64,000 nt of DNA from Eledone cirrhosa (taxonomy: Eukaryota): contig OZ024740.1 in NCBI GenBank assembly GCA_964016885.1, forward strand, positions 154,070,001 to 154,134,000, given 5' to 3'. This document shows, piece after piece, positions 12,840 through 24,748 of this stretch. The notes under the pieces were generated by a model. The model saw only the letters and a list, made by a program, of their open reading frames with translations. It searched no databases and was not told the origin of the DNA. The position numbers and the translations under genes are program-made. Numbering within the stretch: the stretch's first letter is position 1; every line of letters begins with the position of its first letter.

Positions 12840-12873
<34 letters not shown>

Positions 12874-12884
12874 TGTGTGTATGT

Positions 12885-13190
12885 ATCCTTTTTGGTAAAT
12901 ATCATCTTGGTTAAGAGAGTGGGACTGGCTTTGTGCAGTGCCTTTGCTCACTATAAAAGCTTCACGGCACAGGCATTGCTTTATATCTGGAGATCTCTCT
13001 GCACTTGTCCTCACATGGTACCATGGGCCCAGCACTATGTGTCAATAATTGTCACAAGTGTAGTGTTTGTACCAGAGTTTTCAAGTCGCTGGCTGGACTA
13101 AAAAGTCACACTCGTTCAGCGCTTCGGTAGGGGTTCTCCTACACGGATATAAAGTAGTGGCCGTACTCGAAAACGAGTTGGCAGCCACCA
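12885..13190 (+). mobile_element. RTE-clade LINE 3' end with C2H2 finger and terminal stem-loop
   Basis: HKCSVCTRVFKSLAGLKSHTR; 3' hairpin ctcg-aaaa-cgag then ggcagccacca and a (TGTA) tail; the same tail occurs inverted at 39362-39395. Confidence 0.6.
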
Positions 13191-13310
13191 TGTGTGTATG
13201 TATGTGTTTATGTTTACGTTTGCGCCTGTATCTGTTTATATCTCGTATATTAAGTATTTTACAAAAACTGATCGTTAAAATAAATACCAGACTTGTAAAC
13301 ACTAAATAAT

Positions 13311-13413
13311 TGTTTCTACTTTTGGCACAAGGCCAGCAATTACCCAGTGTATTACTGGTACTTTATTTTATCGACCCCATAAGGATGAAAGGAAAAGTTA
13401 ACCTCGGCGTGAT
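13311..13413 (-). mobile_element. tRNA-derived SINE family 1 (octopus OK-like), 5'-truncated
   Basis: Matches family consensus; 18-bp TSD ttgtaaacactaaataat (13293-13310, 13414-13431). Confidence 0.8.
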
Positions 13414-15724
13414 TTGTAAACACTAAATAATGGGGTCGATATGATCGTGTAAATCAAAGGGAAGCATCAGCATGGCCGCAGTCTAATAACTGAAACCAAT
13501 AAAAGAATAAAAGAATGCACATACTCACGCACATCACATACACACACAAACAAACACACAAACACATACACACATGCGCGCGCGCATATATATATGTTTG
13601 TGTGTGTGTCTACTTGAATATATATGTTTGTGTATATGCAGCTGTAATTGTGTCTGTGCATATATTAATATGAAAGACAAGCGACCACTCAGCAACCATA
13701 ATACATAACGTCGAGAAACTGAAGCGTTTTTTCCAGGAGAAATATGAAAATCTAACGAGAGGCCTCTTTTGTTTCAAAATATTTTTCTTAGTTTTCGTTT
13801 TCATTCTTTAACATTTCTATCTCTTCAAAGATAATTGCTATTTAGTTTTGTTTAGATGTTTTTGCTTTGTTTTTAAATTCTTACTCCATTATTTTATTCT
13901 TGCCAATTGTCATTCCTTTTTGCTACCATTAATTTCCTTTCCACTAATATAAGAGCACGTAGCCTAGAGGTTAGAGTGATGGCGTCACTGTTACATGAAG
14001 TAAAGGGTTCGGTATCTGGACAGAGCTGAGCACAGTGTTCTTCAACAAAATTATTTCTTGCTGCTCCTTTTGCCAGAAATTGTTCCTGGCACATAGTATC
14101 AACAATGGAAGCATTGTTTTTCTGTGATTAGCCTTTAGAACATCGGACAGATGCTTTGCAGTATTTTTACTGTTCTTTGCGTTCTGAGTTCAAATCGCGT
14201 GGAAGTCAGCTCTGCATTTCATCCTTCTGGGGTCAATAAAGAATAAAGTAAGTACCAGTTCTGTATTGGGGTCTACATAATCGACTTCCCCCATCACTCA
14301 ATGTTCCTGGCTCTGCCCTTCCCGCCAAGGTTAGCTTTACGATTCATCCTTACGGGATCGATAAAATAAAGTACCAATAACGCACTAGGGTCGATTTCAT
14401 CGACTTTCCATTCCAAATTGTTGGCCTTGTGCCTAAATCAGAAACTATTATTTACACAAGCTCCTGTTGACTTCGATTGTTACAAAGCCTTTTAACAAAT
14501 ACCAAATGGAGCTTCTAGAACATTTTGTTTATGACCGGCCCTTCTTCTCTCCACTAGAGTAATTAACTTTGCGCTTATGAAGTTCTTGTTAAATAGTCCC
14601 ATGCAATACAGCTCATTGGTCTATCCGTCATCACCATGGCATATGATTTCTTTGAATGATTTTGAGGCATGATGTATGAAGTTAATAAGCCCATATTTCA
14701 ATCCACTTCTATTTGTTGTAAGAAGGGAATATTATGCAGGGGCCCACACAATCCTCTCACAACGCAACGTGGACGATTCTGAGAAAATAAGGAATGACTT
14801 GACTGGTAGTTTATTTGCCGATCTCGGTGGGATTTGTGCTTAGAATGCAACCACTGAGAATTTTGCCGAGATGTATTTGTCCGATACCCCACCGATTCTG
14901 CCAAACGACCACTTTTATGCCTATGATAGAATGCTAATTATTGTTGTACGAGAAAAGAGCGGTAGACTATTAGAATTGTTAGCGACGGACAAAATATCTT
15001 TCGGTGTTTATTTAATCTTAGGATAACCATCCTGATATCTATCAGGTTCCTGGTTAAAAAAGACTCTGACATCAGATTCATACAAACACTATATTAAAAT
15101 CTTGGGAGTTCGGGTTCTGCAATATTCTAAATTTTTTGGTTAAGCAAAGAGATCCCCTCTTTATTCCTTTCCAATAAGGGCATGGTTTACCAGAATATTC
15201 CAGAATATTCCTTAGTGCCATGGATTCGATTTCTGGATCAGGTAACACGTTGTGTGTTTTCAGTAAAATGTATTATTTCATGTTGCTCAATTTCACTCAA
15301 CTGAAAATGTGTACCAACAGCAACTGGAGGGTTAAACCAGTGATGGAAAGTCATGCATTCTCAGTCGTTTAGCGCCAATTGTAAACGAGGTAAGCTCCAA
15401 TCTGGTGAACCGCCGGGATTTGAACAGAATATAATGTCCCTTTATTCCTCTTCGTATTCTTTCTTATTCCATATCCAACTTCACTCTCTTCCCCAAAATG
15501 TTCTTCTTTTCTTCCTCCCATCAATTCCATATTACACATTTTCTGGAACAAATTATTTAATATTTCCAGCAATTTTTCATTATTTCCTAATTCTCGTGAA
15601 CTAAGGACAAAGAAAAAAAAATCACCTTAATAGAATTTTTTTTTTTTCATTTTTATAGAGCTTTCTCGCTAATTCACATTTCATAATAGAATAATTCCTA
15701 GTAACACTGCAAAGGATTTATTCA

Positions 15725-15857
<133 letters not shown>

Positions 15858-15895
15858 TGTCTATGGTGTATGTGTGTGTATGTGTGTGCGTGTGT

Positions 15896-15928
<33 letters not shown>

Positions 15929-16006
15929 ATAGTGGTAGTAGAATGGTGTTCTGTTAAATAACGGAAGGGAACTACAATTAAAGTAAGGTATTCAATACAT
16001 CAACAC

Positions 16007-16068
<62 letters not shown>

Positions 16069-18029
16069 ATTGACTACCTTACTTTAATTTGAATTAATTT
16101 GAATTATATATATGTAGATAGACACATGCATACATACATACATACATACATACATTCATTTGTGAAATTATAAAACCAGAAGAACATACATACATATCTA
16201 TATTTGTGGAGTATGTTTATGAATGTGCGTGTTGATGAGTTTATTAGTGTGCGTTGGTTTGTTTTATAAGTATGAGTATATGTTTGTATGTCTGTATGAG
16301 TGTATATGTATGAAAATGTTTAATTTATAACCACTTTTACAGAAATGGAAATTAATCAAAAGAAATCACATTATCAAACATTTCATTCTGTAATTAATAT
16401 TATTTGATTGAGTATTGATATTTTAAATCTATTTCTCTTTATCGCCAAATATATTTTCTTCTTTGTACTGTTGAATTGCTATTTGAACGTCTGAAGTTTA
16501 AATTGCAGGCCTCATTTATTTTGCTTCTAATGACATACACATAAGCTTCTGTATATACATACATACTTGCACATGTACAAAGAGACATACTTGCATAAAT
16601 CCATACATACATATATAATACATACATGCAGACATACATACATACATACATACATACATACATACATACATACATACATACATACATACATACATACATA
16701 CATACACGATGGCTGTAACTCGATTTCGAGTAATGCCATCGCTTGATACTTAAGCATGTGCATCATGGACGTGGCTTTTTAGTCTTGCTAGGGATTTGTC
16801 TATGGCCAGCAATACCATACATCGCAAAAAATGTCACATATCAAGCGATGTCTGTGCTTGAAGCTTTTTGAAGTGAGGAAAGGCTCATCGAACGCATTTA
16901 CCCAAAAGGAAGAACTGGTCTGCATCATTGGAATCAAACGAAGTCGCAGTGACCTTCTCCTAGAGAGATGTCTTAATATGCAAGTGGCTGAGCTTCTACA
17001 GACACGTGCATTCGTTAGGTAATCCTCATGTAGATTCAGCCTGTCACAGTGAATTGCAGTAACATGAAATAAAAGGTTTTGCTGAAGGACATTTCGATGG
17101 TGAGCCAGCCAGCCTAAACACTAAACCACATACATATGTACACACATAGACACCAATACAGACATGTATACATATATACATATATACATCAATACATATC
17201 CATATTTGTGGGTCTGTGTGTGTGTGTGTATACATATATACATATATACATATATACATACATTAATATATACATACATACATACATACATACATACCTA
17301 CATACGTATATACATACGTACGTACATACATACGTAAAATCATACCTATGTTCATATATGCACGTGTGTGTGTGAGTCTGTGTGTGTACATATATACATA
17401 TTCATTGTTTGAATATTTTGATTTCTTTATCTGTATATGTGTGTACGAATCTTAAAGTGAACGAGAGAGAGAATGGGCGGGGGGGGGGGGTATATTGAGA
17501 TTTGAAAGGCAGAAAGAAATTGTAGGGTGGTAAATCTATATTCTAGCGTGAAGCTTAAAGTGTAATAATTTCACTTGTGTGTTTGTATAAGCGTATTTCA
17601 GAATGAAAATATATAAATAATTTTTCATGAAAGTCTATTGAAAATGAATAATCATTCAACTGTGCGTTGCCAGAGATACTATAATGGAATATTAACTATT
17701 TATATTTAACGAATATTTTATTCAATAAACCTCTCCAATGTATTATTGCAAATCGTTAGAACCTATACAAGTTTATAAATTTCTAATATAAATGGCATTT
17801 TATTAATCAAAACTAGTTTTCTTTATTGTTTCAAGCAAGTTAAACTAAAAGTTGGTTTGAAAGGATAGATTGAGCGTCATTTAATTTGTTCTGAAGTATT
17901 TTGTTATAGCCGTTTTCATTTTGAGGTCAAATAGAACTGGCATGGATGAGTCATTAACAGTTTCCGTTCAGTACCTGGGCCAAGTGTCCTATACCATAAC
18001 GGTGGGTTGATCAATTTCATTGTATATAT

Positions 18030-18083
18030 ATAGGAAAAGAGTCAAGACACCGACGGCTGAGCTCCAGCCGTTTCGACAGCTAA

Positions 18084-18086
<3 letters not shown>
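18030..18086 (-). mobile_element. Family A HHR fragment (GAAA, stem III, GUC)
   Basis: Minus strand: tagctgtc-GAAA-cggctggagctcagccgt-C; homologous to 11590-11640; sits in (TA)n. Confidence 0.6.
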
Positions 18087-18125
<39 letters not shown>

Positions 18126-18129
<4 letters not shown>

Positions 18130-18370
18130 CTCTTACACGCACTGATGTCCAATTTCAATCCAACGACTTCAATTTCCAGTGAGTCTTAGTTTTGCCATGA
18201 CCCCCAACGAATCACAAGGACAAACATTTTCTGTTGCCGGTTTACACCTTGAAGAGCCCTGCTTCATGGTCAGCTTTACGTTGGGTGTTCAAGAGTAGGA
18301 AGTCAGGAAAATCCTTACATCTATGCACCAGATGGAAAAGCAACCAATATTGTTTATACAAACATTATAC
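18126..18370 (+). pseudogene. Helitron RepHel PIF1-helicase C-terminal fragment
   Basis: Frameshifted translation RLQFPVSLSFAMTPNESQGQTFSVAGLHLEEPCF / HGQLYVGCSRVGS...NIVY. Confidence 0.8.
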
Positions 18371-18493
18371 ATTGACCCAATTAATAAAGAAATCCGGCCT
18401 CATTAAGAGGTCTATACTTCATGAGTGGCAGAGTTTGACATGGTATAAAAAAAAAATTGGAAATAAAGGCATACTATTTTGATTATTGCCCGG

Positions 18494-18852
<359 letters not shown>

Positions 18853-18857
18853 ATATA

Positions 18858-18988
18858 TAGTGGTTAGAGCGTCGAGCTTCCAACCTGATGTTGTGAGTTC
18901 GATTCTCGAACCGGACTTTGCGTTGTGTTCTTGAATAAAACACTTTATTTCACGTTGCTCCAGTTCACTCAGCTGTAGAAATGAGTTT
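18858..18988 (+). mobile_element. tRNA-derived SINE family 2 fragment
   Basis: tagtggttagagc, gagttcgattc B box, shared domain acactttatttcacgttgctcc. Confidence 0.65.
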
Positions 18989-19356
18989 ACCAACCTATGG
19001 ATTAAATAGCCTCACCAACCCACAATTGGACAAACGTGGTCAGTACGGCTACACCCCTGACATGACAAAAACCAAATTAGAAAGCAGTGGAGGTCAATCA
19101 GGGAAGGGTTCCTCAGGTAGGAGTGAAAAGGACCTGGACTGAATATATATACATTCATACATACATTTATTCATACATACATAGGGCAATGTCAAAAGTG
19201 AAAAGCAAATGAAGAGAACAAATACAAAAAGTACTATTAGTTTAACGCATGCAGGCAAAGGAAAAATGTAGTTTCTGCGATGTATATGACGTTAGCCCTT
19301 CATTGAGAAGGAGACAGACTGGAAAAGAAAACAAAACAGGAGAAATTTAAAAGGTT

Positions 19357-19399
<43 letters not shown>

Positions 19400-19607
19400 C
19401 ACAGATATTTCTATTTGTTTGACCCGAATTACTTGATCGTTTTTTTTTGCTATGCGAATGATTGTTTAACCATCGTCTCAGTGTGTTTGGCCTTTAACGT
19501 TTGTTATAGTTCTGGTTCATCTGAATCATTGAGCACTTGCCACACATCTCGGAGGTTGTTTTTCGTTATTTAGTGGGCCGAAATACGATTCTCGATAATT
19601 TATGTTT

Positions 19608-19642
<35 letters not shown>

Positions 19643-19647
<5 letters not shown>

Positions 19648-21172
19648 ATACTTGGGGAGGGTCATATTTGTGTAATATTGCCAGAATTAATAACAGAACA
19701 CACTCACTGTTTGGTTGGTTTTCGCTTCTCGCTTCTGTGTCTTTTATATCGGTAATCTAACTTACTCGGTCCTCAATGTTGCCATTGACTGACCGACGGT
19801 CAAAAATAATACAGATACAATATAGACACAAACACATATATATATAGTTTATCATAAATCTTTCGTTGCACATCTGCAACATCGTCAGTGGTGTTATATC
19901 TTCCTCCAGTTGTGTTGTATGTCTACGCCATTTTTATTCAGTCTGTCTATATATTTATTTATTTATTTGCTTGTTTGTTTATTTTATTTTATTTTGTCTT
20001 CTTTGCGCATGCGTTTGCGTGTGTGTATAGTGTTTTGTTGACTAGTGTGTGTTTATGTGCTTGTTGTTATTGTGCTTGTGTATGTATTTATTTATTTATT
20101 TATTTTATTTTATTTACTTATTTATACTTCTCTTATGTCAGTGTTGTTTGTTTGGGTGTTGTTATTCCATTCATTCTTTATGTTTAGTCTTGGTCTTCTA
20201 ATTTCTATTTCACTGGCCTCTCTGATTTGCCTATCTGCTGGGTCATTTCTATGTTTAGATATTATTCTAATTTCTATGTTGTCTATGTTACCGTCATGTT
20301 GTTGTCTAGCATGTTCGTATAGTACTGACCCGTTTTTTCGTCCTTTTAGTTCCCCCCAGTGTTGGTCTATCCTTTCACCTATGCTACGAGCTGTCTCACC
20401 TATGTATGTTGTTGTCATGTTTCTGCAAGTACCCTCTGTACATCTTATGCTATAGACTACGTTTCTAGTTTTACAGTTTATCCGGGGGTTCACCTTACAT
20501 ATGATACATTTCCTATTGGTACAGTGGGTTTTCTTAAAAGGGTAGGTTTTGCTGATCAGGGATTTTATGGTGGTTCCTGGCTTTTCTACCACCTTTATTT
20601 TTAAGTGGGTCTTTCTCAGGGCCTTTCTACACTGGTTAGCTAATTTCCCTCCAGGGGTAGCGTCCACAAACATGACACTCTGGTATCTCTGGTTGTCGTA
20701 CCATGAGGTGGCTTTCCCTATCTTATGTCTAGCCCTATCTAAGCTATTCCATGATTTGCTCCTGTATAATGGGCAAATTCCTTTCATGTCTAGTTCTATG
20801 AGGGTCTTATACTTCTCCATGGCTCCTTCGTATACTTTGACTCTGTCTCTTTGGTTGTAGCCAGAGAACTGCATGCGGTTGATGAAGTGTTGGATGTGTC
20901 TTTCCATTTCTGTTGGGTCGCACATGCGGGACACATTCTTCATCACCAAATCTGCGATCAGAATATTAAACTTAGCACTACTGGACATTGCTGAGTTTTC
21001 GAGTATCAGCTATTTGGAGGCCATGGGTTTAGCATAGTGTGAGTGGAGAATTTGGGCTCTCTCGTCTATAGTGTTAATCCAGAGTTCTGTGTCTAATACA
21101 GGTAGTCTATTGTTAGGGTGTTTGGAAGGGAAGTCGATAGTTACAGTTATACTCTGGTGTATGGAATTAGCT
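19643..21172 (-). mobile_element. Penelope-like (Nematis-like) element, second copy, 5'-truncated
   Basis: ORF 20122-20988 encodes RT thumb, linker and GIY-YIG (NVVY...YIGETARSIGERIDQH...E...LN); homologous to 9856-11403. Confidence 0.9.
19853..19892 (-). ncRNA. Minimal hammerhead-like motif in the Penelope 3' UTR
   Basis: Minus strand: cca-CTGACGA-t-gttgca-gatg-tgcaac-GAAA-gattta-tg; degenerate homologue near 11165-11200. Confidence 0.5.
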
Positions 21173-23190
21173 GGATGCTAGAATACTCAAACCCATCTTA
21201 GCCACAATACTCAAACCCATCTTAGACACCTTGCCGGGACACGTTAACAGCTCCGAGGAGGTGTTGAAGCGCCTGCATCAAATGGATCCCGACACCAGAA
21301 GGAATAACAGATATGCCTTCAGCCTTGATGTAGTCGCTCTCTACACCTCGGTCCCGGCACTCCCGGCCGTCAATATACAGATGGAACGCGTCCAATCCAC
21401 CGACCTACACTGCTTCGGGCTCACCACCACTGACATCCACCAACTCCTATCCATCGTCGTCGACAACACCTACTTCGGATTCCTTGACCAAACATACCAA
21501 CAAACCTCGGGATTGCCCATGGGATCAAGCCTATCAGGTGTGCTAGCGATCTCTTACATGGACAACCTCGAACGCAAGGCACTCAACGCCTGCCACCCCA
21601 ACGCCGTAGCCTTTTTCTCAAGGTACGTGGACGATATCCTCATCCTCACATCTTCCCAAGACACGGCAAACAGAATCTATGAGACGTTCAACAACACGGA
21701 CGAGAACATTGACTTCAGTGTTGAACACCCCAACGAAGACGGATCACTTGCCCTCCTCGACTTCCGAATCAACATCACGGAAAAGGGAAGGATCCACTGC
21801 AACTTCTGCCGAAAGGCAGCCTGCAGTTCACTACAAGCCTGTTCGTTCACTACAAGTCCGCCCTCCCTAACAGTGCCAAAAGAGGATACATCACGAACGA
21901 GATCGCGCGAATCAAAAACAGATGCAGCGATCCCGCGAGTGGTGTCACTCATACCAAGCGATTCCTCGAGGTGCTGGAGACGAACGGGTACCCTACCTCG
22001 ATCACAGACAGAATAGGAGACACCAGACGCAAGAGACAGAGAGGCACCCAAGGCAAGTGCTTCCTTAAAATGCCACACCTGGGCGAGAATACCACCAACG
22101 CTATCCGCAAGGCTATACGGAGGGAGGGCCTCGACATCCACCTGGCCCACTCGGGCCCCTCCCTGCGAAGATGCCTCTCCAGGAAACCCGGGAATCTACT
22201 GTCGCATGCTCCCTCAGAGACTGCCCGATACGCCAAGCGAACTGTTGCCTACGCACATACGTCGTGTATAAGATAGAATGTGACAGGTGCAACCAATACT
22301 ACATAGGTAGCACAATCCGACCTTTGCACATCCGGATCAAGGAACACACTAAAACCAGGGCCTCGTCTTTCCGGAAACACATAGACAAATGCGGAAACAA
22401 AGACGGAAGGCCCATTGTCACAATTCTAGCGTCGGCACGTTACGTATCAAGGAAGCGCTTTTTATCAAACGCCTGCAACCGCAAATAAACAACCGATCAG
22501 AGAGAAGCGAAATGAGAAGGCTGGTTTAAGCTAACAAACGATGCAGCAGCACACGCACACACACACACACACAAACGAGACAACTACACACACACACAAA
22601 CGAGACAACTACACACACACACGCACACACACACAGTAACATTCCACCATACGAACATACTACACTGCCAATACAGAGGAACAAGGCAACAACACACGCA
22701 CACACACACTCAAGCGAGACAACAACACACGCACACACACACAGAAACATTTAACAAACAGGCAGAGAATGGACTGACAGCTAGCGCCACCCCACTCCCT
22801 CATTCGGCCGCTGACCTCTGCCCGACCGACCCCATTTCACGCGCACGCGCGCTCTACCGAATACCTCAGATATTCAAAACAACAAACAGCGGAGGACGCG
22901 TTTCGCACCTGTCCGACAGACAACCTTTCCCCCACCCCGGAAAAACACCCAGTTGATGGATGTGAATCCGAAATATATAAGGACTATTAAATCTCTCCCA
23001 AGGTAACTCTCTCTCTGTTGTTATTTTAATTTTTATTTTATCCTTTATACTCTTTCCTTCATTCTTCTACACATCTAATACACACCACGCATCTCAACGT
23101 ACACCCACTTACATCTCTCTCTCCACCACCGGATCTTGTTACCCGGAGATTTACCCATTTGCATTGTCGAGGCTTCCAAACGACTTAAAG
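21173..23190 (+). mobile_element. Penelope-like element of a different family (RT plus C-terminal GIY-YIG), 5'-truncated, frameshifted
   Basis: FSLDVVALYTSVP, QTSGLPMGS, RYVDD, TNGYP, VVYKIECDRCNQYYIGST; degenerate HHR ggat-gtga-atcc-GAAA-tatata near 22950-22985; ends at (TA)n. Confidence 0.9.
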
Positions 23191-23260
23191 ATATTTACTT
23201 ATATATATATATATATATTTATACATATATATACATATATACATATATATACATATATAT

Positions 23261-23480
23261 AGGAACGATCGACTTTCGTCAAATCGGACCGAGGGAACAA
23301 TGTTTCCGTTGGTCTTTCCAATTGCTAATACTATCTATCGGTCGTAACTCCAGGTAGAAGGAGCAACGTGAAATAAAGTGTCTTGCTCAAGGACATAACG
23401 CATCGCCTGGTCCAGGAATCGAACTCACAACCTTACGATTGCGAATCCAATTCTCTAACCACTCAGCCACACGCCTTCAC

Positions 23481-23481
<1 letters not shown>
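23261..23481 (-). mobile_element. tRNA-derived SINE family 2, near full length
   Basis: Minus strand head tggctgagtggttagag...gagttcgattcc; homologous to 53149-53400 and 61527-61725. Confidence 0.75.
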
Positions 23482-23524
<43 letters not shown>

Positions 23525-24563
23525 CGTGTCTATCTATATGTCTGTGAGTGTGTATGTGTGTGCGCATGTGTGTGTATATAGAAAGAGGAATATTTCTTTC
23601 GTTACTGTTCTTGATCAAATTTGATATTTAAAGAATATAATAATCAAAACACCGGAATTGCTTTATTTTACTGTATTTCTTTCGATTTCCTTGGCTTTTT
23701 GTTAGTTAAAAGTAACTTGGGAGGAACTTAGGTTTAAATTGACAAGATATTTGTATCGCCATAATATTTAAGATGTAATTAATGTCAACAAAAAATCTTA
23801 GCGAACATTTAAATCAAAATAAAGAAATTTGCATGAAACATGAATTTTCAGTTAAAATGATAGCACGGCTGCTATCGATCAAGATAAGAGCTTGTCTGCA
23901 AGATAAGACCAGTATTATAGGTCGAATATCGATCGAAACTCACGTAAAACTCTTCTGCTTTTCCCTGTTGGTGACTGACATTGATCTCCTTCTGCATCTT
24001 TCGTCGTTTATTTATAGAGGGGAAAATAGATTTATTCTCAATGATAAAGTCAAATTTAGTTGCATAGTTCACTCTATAATAATGAAATGTTACCAATACC
24101 ACAGGCGCTTTTAACAAATCAATGTACAGAGTGTATTATGACATGTATGAAATATATGGAAATAAACAAACACGTATTTCTATAGAATGATAACCCTGGG
24201 CCTGCCGGCTACGTGACTCTTTCTATGTCTGAACTCACCAGTGTTTATTATTTTAATTTCTCCAGCAAATGATTAGCTAGTTTCATGCTAAGAAATAAAC
24301 TGCTCTTAATCAGTCTTACCTCCCATCAACTAAACACCATGATAACAGAGCTAACTACGGGCCCTTAAGCTCTCATTGAGGCTTATTTGGCATATCGTAC
24401 ATTATTGTAACGGGGTGGACGACTTATCTATCTCCCTGTTTTAAAGCTTCCATCTAACGCTGGGGTGACTTTAGCAAAGTCCGCTGTTTGCATGTCTGTT
24501 GATAATATTCTCGCATCTGTCTTTGTCATAAATATATTTGGATATCATTATCAAGTGCTACAA

Positions 24564-24748
24564 GGGCGGTGAATTGGCAATATCGGTAGAGGGCTGGACG
24601 CCATGCTTTCTAGCAGAGTTACGTCCCTTTACAGTCTGAGTTCAAACCCTGCCGAGGTTAACTTTGCCTTTCATCCTTACGGGGTCGATAAAATAAAGTA
24701 CCAGTAATGTACTGGGTAATTGCTGGCCTTGTGCCTAAAGTAGAAACA
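24564..24748 (+). mobile_element. SINE family 1 (OK-like), full length
   Basis: B-box-like gagttcaaaccc; 17-bp TSD attatcaagtgctacaa. Confidence 0.85.
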
